Shown piece by piece: positions 1-8,243 of a stretch of DNA of 64,000 nt. This DNA is from a virus. The stretch's first letter is position 1; each line of letters starts with the position of its first letter. The stretch lies in the IMG/VR virus record IMGVR_UViG_3300048091_000425; one strand, 5' to 3'. Under the pieces are notes generated by a model. The model worked only from the letters and a program-made list of their open reading frames with translations. It was not told the DNA's origin and did no database searches. The translations under genes and the position numbers were made by a program.

Positions 1-15
1 GATTCTGCGGTCTGG

Positions 16-312
16 TTATTGCTCATGATTGTCACCCTGGTCGGCGCTCGGATTAAGGTAATCCGCAATTTCATCTTGCAGCTGCTCGAAGAGATTGCGA
101 AAGCCACTGTCAGCATGAACCGCATCCAGAAGCCTTCTGGCATCCGTAAGCTGCGCTTGTAATGACGCCAAGACCGGATTTGAGGATGGGTCTGAAGCCC
201 TCTCCCCCTTTCCGATTTCTGCCTCATGCTCATCGATGTAGAGACTGATGCCCTCTGGGCTCATTGTTCTGCTCCTTTTCCTTTCCTGGATTGCCGTTCC
301 GTTATCTTGCAC
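16..312 (-). CDS. hypothetical protein
   Basis: 98-aa ORF, last visible gene of a tightly packed minus-strand run; overlaps the stop of 302..550. Confidence 0.6.
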   Translation of the reverse strand: MQDNGTAIQERKRSRTMSPEGISLYIDEHEAEIGKGERASDPSSNPVLASLQAQLTDARRLLDAVHADSGFRNLFEQLQDEIADYLNPSADQGDNHEQ

Positions 313-550
313 TCGGGGTCACAGCGACCTGGACATCGAGAACGTGCTTCAGCCTGTGTTCAAGCGCTTCGATGTCTTTGATTTTTCTGTTTCGATAGTC
401 AATCTGAGGGCAGCCACGACGTGCAATCTCACCATCCTCATCGTCATCCTTGAATCGCTGGATGACCACCCGGTGGTAAAGCTTCGCCTCGACGAGTGAC
501 TCCAGAATGAGCTTAATGTCCTGACAGGCAACCAAAAGCTTATCGCTCAA
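302..550 (-). CDS. hypothetical protein
   Basis: 82-aa ORF overlapping both neighbours by a few codons in the same operon. Confidence 0.6.
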   Translation of the reverse strand: MSDKLLVACQDIKLILESLVEAKLYHRVVIQRFKDDDEDGEIARRGCPQIDYRNRKIKDIEALEHRLKHVLDVQVAVTPSAR

Positions 551-1328
551 GGCCAGTCACCGAATCGTCTGGGTCAGTTGGTCGTGGGTTCAGGCCAGGC
601 GGCTGCAGATTCCCCTGCCACACACCGTCCAGTCCAGCGTGTTCGGTTTCCTGAATCATCTTGAGATAGGCCTGGCGCTCCACTTCCTTTTGCTGTTTTG
701 CCGCCCACAGCGTACTTGCCAGCGCCGGTACCGCTTCCTCCACGGTCTTGCTGTGGCCGGCCCAGGTGCAGGCGAGCATCAGGTTCATCGGCAGACCGAA
801 GTCCTCGACCATGAAACCTTCGGCGTCATAGCCCCCGGCATCATGCGGCACCAGCTTCCTGAGCGTCTCAGGGCCGTCAAAATAGACCCACACCGGTTTA
901 CCCAGGGCGATGGCCATGCCAACCTCGAAAACCGTCCCAGAATCAGGCTCAAGGCCTCGGAAGCAGTTCAGGTTGGCCAGGACGGCATCGGCCCGGCGAA
1001 TCATGTCCATGTTCATCTGACTGATCATGGCGGCCATCTGCGCCGGGGGCAGGCTCTGATCGACCTCATTGTCGAATGGATACAGGCCAACCATAGCCTT
1101 TTCGCTGCACAGGTCTTTCAGGTAGGCACCACGTTCCAGGCCATCCTGGCGAAACACATCAAAGCCAGCCAGGTAGACTTGTGGCCACCCGAACCCTTCG
1201 ATGAACTCTTCGATGGAAGGCCCTGCGCTGCCGCACTCATGCAACTGCTGGATAACTTCCTCTGGGGTCAGCTCACTGAGACGCTGCCTGATCGTTTCGA
1301 GCATTTGTTTGGTTTTTTCAGTAGCCAT
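540..1328 (-). CDS. nucleoside 2-deoxyribosyltransferase family protein with N- and C-terminal extensions
   Basis: VYLAGFDVF, DxxMIRRADAVLANL and DSGTVFEVGMAIALGKPVW (catalytic Glu motif) are typical of the NDT family. Confidence 0.85.
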   Translation of the reverse strand: MATEKTKQMLETIRQRLSELTPEEVIQQLHECGSAGPSIEEFIEGFGWPQVYLAGFDVFRQDGLERGAYLKDLCSEKAMVGLYPFDNEVDQSLPPAQMAAMISQMNMDMIRRADAVLANLNCFRGLEPDSGTVFEVGMAIALGKPVWVYFDGPETLRKLVPHDAGGYDAEGFMVEDFGLPMNLMLACTWAGHSKTVEEAVPALASTLWAAKQQKEVERQAYLKMIQETEHAGLDGVWQGNLQPPGLNPRPTDPDDSVTGLER

Positions 1329-1333
1329 TTCTT

Positions 1334-3154
1334 TCAGTCTGCCAGTGATTTTGTGATTTTGTGGTTCATGGTATTGAACAGAATCAGGGCGCTGAACATG
1401 ACGCTCGGCGATTTACCCTTTGTCCTGAATTCCCAGCGCTTGTTGATGTTGAACGGAGCGTCACCGTTGACTTCATGAGAGGTCATCCAGCCAAGATCCC
1501 GCTTCCAGAGCTTGAGGTAGTCAGGCAGATAGTTGACCGACTTCATCCCCAGGAGCTGGCTCAGCTCCTCAGCATTTCGAGGGGAAATCCTGGCCACGGC
1601 GTTGATTGGGCTTTTTCCATCAAACACGCACAGCGGGCTAAAACCTTGGCGCTTGGGGTTTTGGGCGTAGAGACTCTTAATGGCCTGGCCGGTTTGTGCC
1701 TTATCGTACGTTGAAAACACCTGGGTGGATTCATGGTCGATGGCCTTTTCCATGTTCTTCTGGATGCGCTTAAAGAACCAGTCTTTATCACGCGCCCACA
1801 GCAGCTCGAATTTCTCATTGCCCCACTTAAACAGGTATTCGGAAAGGTTGCGGGCGAAGATGGTCTTGATCGCGTCATCGATCTCTTCTTCGGTGCCGGC
1901 GATCCCCTGGGAAACAGCGATGAAGTAATAGCGTTCTTTCTTTATTTTTTGCTGCTGGTGGTAGTCGTATTCCTTGTCGTGCTGGTCGGGATAGCGAATG
2001 TAGGTGCGGGTTTGCGCACAAAAGCCGAGCTTGGTCTCCCCCATCGGCAGAAAGGTGTCCGCTGTCATCCCGACCAGCGCCTCAGCAAAGAAGCCAGCCA
2101 TCCACGGATCGTCGAAGCCCAGTAGCGCCAGCATCGAGGCCAGGCTTGGCTTATGCAGTGTCCAGTTCGGACGGAACAGCACCGGCAGTTTGGCAACCTG
2201 ATCAGAATCAGCCGTGGCCAGTTTCACTGTCTCGGAGAGGCGAATCAGGCCTGGCTCAACCTCAGCCATTTTCTGGCCAGCCAGCTCAATGACCATCGCC
2301 ACCCAGATGAGAACGTCGCGATCCAGGTCAGAGATCTCAACAACCCCTGTATCGCCAATGTCGATGTAACGATCTTCTTTGAAAGTCAGATTTCGCCATT
2401 GCGGGTAGCGTTCGTAGGGCGATTGCAGATCCAGCTTATCGCGCATATGGCGCTCGCTGTCGCCGTTTTGCTGCATTTTGCCACTGTAACTGTCGATGGA
2501 GATCGCAGACAGATAGGCGATACGACCAGGCTTCTTGATCCCGATGGCAGTCTTGCTCTTACCTATTTTCGCCAGATAGGCGCCGAACGGCAGGCTGGTC
2601 TTGAGCGCATCAACGAAATCAGCCACCGTCGCGCATTCCACGATCTTGTCGTGCAGGCCAACCGGCTCGTTACTGCCGACCTCATCAAAGCGCACCCAGC
2701 GAATGGTCAGGCCCCGATCCATGCTGTAAATGGCGTCGCGCAGGCAGCAGGCGATCTCACGGGTGGTCGGGCGTCCAAAGTCAGCCGATACCCTGCCGAT
2801 CAAACGCTCGATCCGATCCTGGAACTGTACGGTCGGCGCCAGCACCATGTCATTCAGATCAGCCTTGATCCGCAGAATTTCCCAAAGCTCGTCGAGAAAA
2901 CCCTCTTTACGCAGGACATTGCTCAGTTTGACCTGTGCGCCGTCGATGGTGGCTTCCAACATCTCTTTCAGCAGCATGCCCATGGCCAGGCCGGTTGGAT
3001 CAGCACGTTTAAGCATCGGGAAGGTGTTTCGAACCACATCACGGGTGCTGTAGTTGAAGTGGTCGCGGTCATCGAACAGCACGAGGCTCTTACCATCGCC
3101 ACGATAGGCATCAAGTCGTTCGGAAATGCTGTCCAGCCTGGCGTAGTCAATCAT
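1334..3154 (-). CDS. large hypothetical protein
   Basis: 606-aa ORF in operon context; no motif recognised. Confidence 0.8.
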   Translation of the reverse strand: MIDYARLDSISERLDAYRGDGKSLVLFDDRDHFNYSTRDVVRNTFPMLKRADPTGLAMGMLLKEMLEATIDGAQVKLSNVLRKEGFLDELWEILRIKADLNDMVLAPTVQFQDRIERLIGRVSADFGRPTTREIACCLRDAIYSMDRGLTIRWVRFDEVGSNEPVGLHDKIVECATVADFVDALKTSLPFGAYLAKIGKSKTAIGIKKPGRIAYLSAISIDSYSGKMQQNGDSERHMRDKLDLQSPYERYPQWRNLTFKEDRYIDIGDTGVVEISDLDRDVLIWVAMVIELAGQKMAEVEPGLIRLSETVKLATADSDQVAKLPVLFRPNWTLHKPSLASMLALLGFDDPWMAGFFAEALVGMTADTFLPMGETKLGFCAQTRTYIRYPDQHDKEYDYHQQQKIKKERYYFIAVSQGIAGTEEEIDDAIKTIFARNLSEYLFKWGNEKFELLWARDKDWFFKRIQKNMEKAIDHESTQVFSTYDKAQTGQAIKSLYAQNPKRQGFSPLCVFDGKSPINAVARISPRNAEELSQLLGMKSVNYLPDYLKLWKRDLGWMTSHEVNGDAPFNINKRWEFRTKGKSPSVMFSALILFNTMNHKITKSLAD

Positions 3155-3182
3155 GGTTCGAATCCTTCGTTTTCCGTGATGT

Positions 3183-3473
3183 TTAAAGCGACGGGGTGGC
3201 CGGCGCAGATTCTGGCACAGTCTGGATCAGGGACAACATATCGTTCAGCACAGAGTTGGCGAATTCAGGGCCGGCAGCCTTGGCATCAGCCATGGTCTTT
3301 AACTGATCGCTTTCGTAATTCAGGTAGTTCAGCTTGTAACCACCCTTGTCGTCGGTGATCGCCATCATCCTGTGGCCGGCGAACAGTGCCGTTTGCAGAA
3401 GGTTGTCGCCATTCCACTTTTGCTTGGGGGCGTCTTTAAATAATTTGCCGCCACCGTCTAATTGGATTTTCAT
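3183..3473 (-). CDS. hypothetical protein
   Basis: ORF track 3183..3530; ATG at 3473 (MKIQLDGG) avoids overlap with the upstream gene. Confidence 0.6.
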   Translation of the reverse strand: MKIQLDGGGKLFKDAPKQKWNGDNLLQTALFAGHRMMAITDDKGGYKLNYLNYESDQLKTMADAKAAGPEFANSVLNDMLSLIQTVPESAPATPSL

Positions 3474-3492
3474 GCTTTTCGTTCTCTGAAAT

Positions 3493-3909
3493 TTAGTTGT
3501 GTCGCAATTTGTGGGGAGTGAGCTCGACATCCACCGGTCGTTTGGTGGTCAGCCCAGCCTTTTTCATTTCGTACTGAATCGTCCGGCGCTGGTTGCGCAG
3601 GTGATGCAATTTCTTTTCCAGAGCCACCTGTTCCAGGAACAGGTCATCGTCGGATTCGCGCAAGGCCATCTGCGCTTCAGTCATGACGGGCGCTTTGGCA
3701 TTCTTGCGGTTGATCTTGCTGCACAGGGGTTCACGCAACTCGGATTCCTTGTGCGTCTTGGCGCAGGCCGGGCAGATGTACGTGACGCTCGGCTCGTGAC
3801 GAAACCTGGTTGGCTTTTCGCAGAACTCGCAACGCTCCGACATCTTGTCGACGCCAAAGGCCTCGGCCAGCTCCATGTCCAAGTCGTCATCGTGCTTGAG
3901 CGGGATCAC
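3493..3909 (-). CDS. hypothetical protein with CxxC/CxxC zinc-finger-like motifs and coiled coil
   Basis: CEFC...CPAC, followed by a heptad-like segment; 4-nt overlap with 3906..4235. Confidence 0.65.
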   Translation of the reverse strand: MIPLKHDDDLDMELAEAFGVDKMSERCEFCEKPTRFRHEPSVTYICPACAKTHKESELREPLCSKINRKNAKAPVMTEAQMALRESDDDLFLEQVALEKKLHHLRNQRRTIQYEMKKAGLTTKRPVDVELTPHKLRHN

Positions 3910-4235
3910 TCTTCACCTTCCTTTAGCTTTTTGGCCCGAACAAACGTCCAGCCTGGATTGCTCTCTACAGCGTGTTCAATCCCTTCCTGGCGATTGCGGC
4001 AGGTGACCGTCACCGCGAGGTTGTGGATGTTCCACTGATTGGTCAAGGTAATCCGGTAGCGCAGCATCGCCACTGGCCCAATGGCAGCCGCTGGGCAGTC
4101 AAAGGTGTCAGCGCCTTGCTCATGCTTGATGCGCCCGCTGCCATCGCGCTTGAGTTGCACGGTGAAATTGTCACCGTACTCAGCCGCGAGTGTGTCGAGC
4201 CATTGCGTTACCGCCTGGGGTATATCAGAAGTCAT
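3906..4235 (-). CDS. hypothetical protein
   Basis: 109-aa ORF, coupled to both neighbours. Confidence 0.65.
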   Translation of the reverse strand: MTSDIPQAVTQWLDTLAAEYGDNFTVQLKRDGSGRIKHEQGADTFDCPAAAIGPVAMLRYRITLTNQWNIHNLAVTVTCRNRQEGIEHAVESNPGWTFVRAKKLKEGEE

Positions 4236-4551
4236 TGCTCACCTTCTTGTCTGAGGTGCGGACGATTTTAGGGAGAACGGCGATCCGGGCTTCCAGGTGA
4301 TCCGCAAGAAACGGCAGGGGCATTTCCTCACTGAACAGGCGAATCCTGAGCAGAGTGGCCAGTTCGAAGGCGACCCCAATTTCACACTTTGGGTCACCCT
4401 TCTCGATCCGGTGCAGCAGGCTGCGGGAAATCCCGGCGCGTTCGGCCAGTGCCTGGGCAGTCATCTGGGCTTCTTTTCGGGCCAGGGCAATCAATTGCCC
4501 CATGACCTTAAGAGCGTCCTGCGTCTGCGGTGAGTAGGTGCGAGTAGCCAT
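4225..4551 (-). CDS. XRE-family helix-turn-helix transcriptional regulator
   Basis: LIALARKEAQMTAQALAERAGISRSLLHRIEKG is a canonical HTH_3 pattern. Confidence 0.9.
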   Translation of the reverse strand: MATRTYSPQTQDALKVMGQLIALARKEAQMTAQALAERAGISRSLLHRIEKGDPKCEIGVAFELATLLRIRLFSEEMPLPFLADHLEARIAVLPKIVRTSDKKVSNDF

Positions 4552-4571
4552 GGGTTGACGCCATCGTTTGA

Positions 4572-4655
4572 TTCAATGATGTCAATATACGCTATTAATT
4601 TGATAACGGCAAGTTCAATGTGTCATATACGCTACCAGTTGATATAACCGGTAGC
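4572..4655. promoter_or_regulatory. imperfect ~42-bp tandem duplication upstream of the XRE gene (putative operator/promoter)
   Basis: TTCAATGATGTCAATATACGCTA at 4572 and TTCAATGTGTCATATACGCTA at 4614, in an AT-rich intergenic gap. Confidence 0.4.
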
Positions 4656-4684
4656 GCACATGGAGCATATTGGTTGAATGACAG

Positions 4685-5098
4685 TTACAGTTCGGGAGTA
4701 TCGCTGGCGTTGGTCATTCGACGAGGTACGAGCGGTGCTGGATTAGCAGCCAATTGGAACTCTTGCACCGGCATCAGGTATTCATCAAGCACTCTGACGA
4801 TCTGGGTGGCCGGCACCGGCTCCAGGATCGCGATTTCATACGCATATCCGAGGTCACGCCGGAAGCGCGAACCGGTGTAGGCGAATTCGAGAATGAATAG
4901 CTCACCATTATAGTCTTCGAAGGCTTCACCCAGCCAATTGCTCAACCCGTCTTCCAACGACTCCCGGTCGACAAAGGCAAACACCGCAGGTGTAGGCTCA
5001 TTGGCCTCGGCACTGCGCACGCCGATACGGGGTTCCAGGCCATTGGCAAGGATTGCCTCCATTCCTGGTTTGGTTGTTACATGAAAAAACGTGCTCAT
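4685..5098 (-). CDS. putative ADP-ribosyltransferase-fold protein
   Basis: ATG at 5098 overlaps the upstream stop (ATGA); FHVT...ILANGLEP...AVFAF...YAYE resembles H-Y-E ART/Tpt1-like strands. Confidence 0.5.
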   Translation of the reverse strand: MSTFFHVTTKPGMEAILANGLEPRIGVRSAEANEPTPAVFAFVDRESLEDGLSNWLGEAFEDYNGELFILEFAYTGSRFRRDLGYAYEIAILEPVPATQIVRVLDEYLMPVQEFQLAANPAPLVPRRMTNASDTPEL

Positions 5099-5352
5099 TT
5101 TAGGGTCTCTGTGGTGAGGGCTGGCTGGCAATATTCTCGCTCCCAGCGCCCGAAGTCGGTGATGTAACCATCGTAGGGCCGGCCAATGGCCCGTTTGACC
5201 AGCTCTTCGTACCGGGCTTTGCCGCCGCTTTTCAACCATGCCTCCATACCCATTACGCCGAGTTCTCTCAGGAGGCGGGTGCGCTCGAACCGATTGCGGA
5301 GTATCTCGGGAATGCGAGGTGTGTCATCTCCCCGTCGAGTTTCGATAGCCAT
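5095..5352 (-). CDS. hypothetical protein
   Basis: 85-aa ORF coupled to 4685..5098. Confidence 0.6.
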   Translation of the reverse strand: MAIETRRGDDTPRIPEILRNRFERTRLLRELGVMGMEAWLKSGGKARYEELVKRAIGRPYDGYITDFGRWEREYCQPALTTETLK

Positions 5353-5440
5353 GCCTGATCCCCCTGGTGAAAGCCTGATAGCAGACTTTCAGTATGCCTG
5401 GGGAGACAATTTATGAGCTATCTGCGCACCACCATGGGTC

Positions 5441-5650
5441 TCAGTGGGTGACTTGCTTGCGAAACCAGATGTTCACGTTGCTGCAGTAGGTGTCGATCAG
5501 CAGTCCATTGATGTACTCAGAATAATACTCAGGATGAATACGGATCACGTCGCCGACCTGGATACGATCACCGTCCTGAAGATTCACGTAGCCTTCAGGC
5601 AGCTTATTCCACTGGTGGCATCCGTTCTTTACCCTGTGTGCTTCCCGCAT
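5441..5650 (-). CDS. small hypothetical protein
   Basis: ATG at 5650 within ORF 5441..5737; globular-looking sequence. Confidence 0.45.
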   Translation of the reverse strand: MREAHRVKNGCHQWNKLPEGYVNLQDGDRIQVGDVIRIHPEYYSEYINGLLIDTYCSNVNIWFRKQVTH

Positions 5651-5814
5651 AATCCGCTTCCGTCTTGTTATTAAAGGGCTTGCCAAGCATAGCTGCACAA
5701 AAACAATTTGCGCAACTGAGGCCTGCTGCCTGGGCAATAATTTTATGTGTTACGCAAAATGCTGTACTCCTAGCGTAAATCAGCATAGGCTGTGCATTGA
5801 TACCAAAACCCTAA

Positions 5815-6255
5815 ATGGATTTCTGGATGGACGACAGCGACGCCAGTGTCACAGAAAGGCCCGCATCGAATTCGCTTCGAGGGATTCCTCCGGACGCAAA
5901 GTGCGTACTCAGAGGCAAATCTGGGTCTAAATCCCATGTCGTCACTCTGGCCAGTGGCAAAGTGATCGGCGTCGGGGCTAACCCTGACGAAGCTTGGGCT
6001 CGTGCTGCTCGCTGGGCTGAAGAGCAGCGTACTGCTTCTGGTACCATGCCGACTTCACGCACACCCGGTCGACCACCTGGCACCAAGGTTAAGGATGAAG
6101 ACCAGCGAAAAACACGCTCCGTAAGGCTGGATGAGTCGCGCTGGCGAAAGCTGCAGCGCCTTGGATCTGGCTGGCTGGAGCACGCCATTGATATGGCAAC
6201 CGATCCAAAACCCGAAACAACCCCAGATTCGCAATTCAAGAAGGCTGAACTATGA
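5815..6255 (+). CDS. protein with C-terminal ribbon-helix-helix-like DNA-binding segment
   Basis: GRPPG...RKTRSVRLDESRWRKLQRLGSGWLEHAID resembles plasmid RHH/BrnA-type C-termini. Confidence 0.55.
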   Translation: MDFWMDDSDASVTERPASNSLRGIPPDAKCVLRGKSGSKSHVVTLASGKVIGVGANPDEAWARAARWAEEQRTASGTMPTSRTPGRPPGTKVKDEDQRKTRSVRLDESRWRKLQRLGSGWLEHAIDMATDPKPETTPDSQFKKAEL

Positions 6256-6719
6256 GGCTTGAACAATTTCACACGCTGGTGAAACTGATGCGAGGCAATC
6301 TCGAAACGCCCTCGAACATCGCCGCCAGCCGTGTCCTGTGCGATAACGTGCCGATCCCGCAGGCGACCCGCGAAAGCGGCAAGAAGCGGGCGTCGATTCA
6401 CATCACCGTCAACCGCTACAAGAAAAACTATGACCTGGTGGTGAACGAGTTCAGCGACGCGAACAACCTCGCCGGCCAGTTCGACCTGATCGTGAAGTTG
6501 CACCGTGGCAGTCCGGAAGCGCCGACCACCCTCGCCGCTCGCGCCGTGTTGGTTGATGGCGTGCCTCAGAACGAAATCCCGTTTGAAGGGTTCAGTCCGT
6601 CGGCGTTGAGTCAGGCCGTCAAGCGCTACCGCGATGCCCTGCAAATGGTGTCTGAGGCTTTTCCGCCTGTTGAGGGATTCGTGAGAGAAACCCCGGCGTC
6701 CGAAACCGTAGACGTTTAG
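6252..6719 (+). CDS. tandem KorA/TrfB-like transcriptional repressor
   Basis: Two internal repeats (EQFHTLVKLMRG...AASRVLCDNVP...VNRY; GQFDLIVKLHRG...AARAVLVDGVP...VKRY) resembling the KorA HTH domain. Confidence 0.65.
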   Translation: MRLEQFHTLVKLMRGNLETPSNIAASRVLCDNVPIPQATRESGKKRASIHITVNRYKKNYDLVVNEFSDANNLAGQFDLIVKLHRGSPEAPTTLAARAVLVDGVPQNEIPFEGFSPSALSQAVKRYRDALQMVSEAFPPVEGFVRETPASETVDV

Positions 6720-6775
6720 TTGCCAGGTGGCGCCGGAGCAATCCGGCGTCTCCCTTCTGCCCCAGAGTTATTGCC

Positions 6776-7129
6776 ATGTCCTACACGCTGACGCCGGAAC
6801 AAGCCGCTGCCACGACCGATCTGGAATTGGCCTATGGCACCACCCGCCTTCTGCCCGCCTGGGTCGACATTCCGGAAGAATTTAAGGTCGGACGCAATGT
6901 GTACTGCAAGCTTGCATCTTGCCTGTTCTACGGAACCGAGTTACCTGAGCTTGAAGTGACCATGTTCGATGGTTTTACCCCGCAAATCCTGCAGAAATGC
7001 GTCCGGGCACATTTAGGATCCTTCGAGCCTAAGCATGAACTCAAGATGGCCGGCGTCGGTTACATGATCTCGAAGATGGCGACCCTGACCCCGGTAGATG
7101 CACCCAAAGCCACCGAGAAAAGTGCCTGA
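6776..7129 (+). CDS. phage-like hypothetical protein
   Basis: 117-aa ORF; DIPEEF and SFEPKHE motifs resemble proteins I recall from phages/plasmids. Confidence 0.65.
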   Translation: MSYTLTPEQAAATTDLELAYGTTRLLPAWVDIPEEFKVGRNVYCKLASCLFYGTELPELEVTMFDGFTPQILQKCVRAHLGSFEPKHELKMAGVGYMISKMATLTPVDAPKATEKSA

Positions 7130-7394
7130 TCAACTATTCGCTACTGACCACGGAGGCCTAATGGCCGGCTTTTCGTTTTCCCAGGTTCCCTCGCAGAACA
7201 AGTGCCGGTGGTTTATTAAGCACGGTGCAACCACTCGCTATGATCGCGGTTTTCGTTCCAAAGCTCAGGCGGACGCTTGGATCAGCGCGTTCGGGAAAGA
7301 CATTGACTGGCGAGCTGGGTTTGTTTTTCGCCTGAAAGGCCTAAACGCCGACATCTCTGTTGTCGACCGCAAAGGTCAATTGGCGAAGCCGTAA
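7122..7394 (+). CDS. hypothetical protein
   Basis: GTG at 7122 within ORF 7098..7394, overlapping the upstream stop. Confidence 0.55.
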   Translation: MPDQLFATDHGGLMAGFSFSQVPSQNKCRWFIKHGATTRYDRGFRSKAQADAWISAFGKDIDWRAGFVFRLKGLNADISVVDRKGQLAKP

Positions 7395-7396
7395 TT

Positions 7397-7516
7397 GCCG
7401 AATGGCAGTTTCCAAAGTGCCAAATGGCAGAAGCTGAACTGCCAAATGGCAAAAGCTGAACTGCCAAATAGCAAAAGCTGAACTGCCAAATAGCAAAAGC
7501 CAAGCCGCCAAATGGC
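7397..7516 (+). repeat. 22-bp tandem repeat array (about 5.5 units)
   Basis: Units start at 7397, 7419, 7441, 7463, 7485 and 7507; consensus GCCAAAT(G/A)GCAAAAGCTGAACT with TGCCA-N2-TGGCA dyad. Confidence 0.9.
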
Positions 7517-7555
7517 GGAGGGGCGACTTCTCTCTCCACCCCTGGGACGACGCGC

Positions 7556-8206
7556 ATGAACACTCTGATTGAATTCCTGGAAGCCGACGACCAGATGGTT
7601 GCACGGCAACTGATCACCGCCATTGGCCGTGACACCGGTCTTGGCCATGCCGATTACGATCATCCCGTGGGGCCTGACACCCTGCTGATCATGTCACCCC
7701 TGGACGCCGACTTTTTTGCCGATGGCTACATGGATGCCTTCCCTGATTGGCCTGGCCGTCAGGCGGTACTGTGGTTCAACTCCTACGACCTGCCCAACGG
7801 CGGCGAGAACATCGCCATCCTGATGCACCAGTTCCAATCGTCACAGGCCCCGGTGAAGCACGCGGTGATCATCGCCAGCCTGGCTCAGTCAGCCGGCGAA
7901 ATCCGCGCCATGATCCTATGGGCAGTGGAGCAAGGGATTTCGTTGGAGGAAATCCGCGTTGAAAGCCCGTGGATGACCGACAGTGTGCACCAGCAGCTGA
8001 CCAAAGACTTCGGCGATGATTTTGTTCGCAAAGCACTGGCCTCGGTGGGCGCCGTGCCGGATTCGCTGGGCAAAGGTGTCAACCTCGCTCGCCGCCTGAA
8101 CCTGCCAGATAAGGGCCTGACGTACTTGCCGTCCTTTGTCGTGGAGCGCATCAACAGTGAGCCTAGTGCCAGCGAAAAGAACAAAGTATTTGCCGTGGCA
8201 CCTTGA
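7556..8206 (+). CDS. degenerate phosphoribosyltransferase-fold protein
   Basis: DADFFADGY, LWFN, HAVIIASLAQSAGEI (PRPP-loop-like position) and terminal YLPSFVVER resemble a UPRTase-like hypothetical family. Confidence 0.45.
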   Translation: MNTLIEFLEADDQMVARQLITAIGRDTGLGHADYDHPVGPDTLLIMSPLDADFFADGYMDAFPDWPGRQAVLWFNSYDLPNGGENIAILMHQFQSSQAPVKHAVIIASLAQSAGEIRAMILWAVEQGISLEEIRVESPWMTDSVHQQLTKDFGDDFVRKALASVGAVPDSLGKGVNLARRLNLPDKGLTYLPSFVVERINSEPSASEKNKVFAVAP

Positions 8207-8243
8207 TAATTGACCTCTAGCGTCATACAATAATGTCTAACAA

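Noticed and set aside
2153-3358. 401-aa plus-strand ORF and other long antisense ORFs (639..1478, 62402..63580, 50181..51050, 5811..6644)
   Set aside because: Shadow frames opposite well-supported genes, as expected in GC-rich DNA.
4225-4551. HipBA toxin-antitoxin pair
   Set aside because: No kinase-like toxin adjacent on either side.
7397-7516. 22-bp array as a mini-CRISPR, or the minus-strand ORFs 7282..7635 and 7376..7663
   Set aside because: Units are contiguous with no spacers. The ORFs are repetitive translations of the array lying antisense to real genes.
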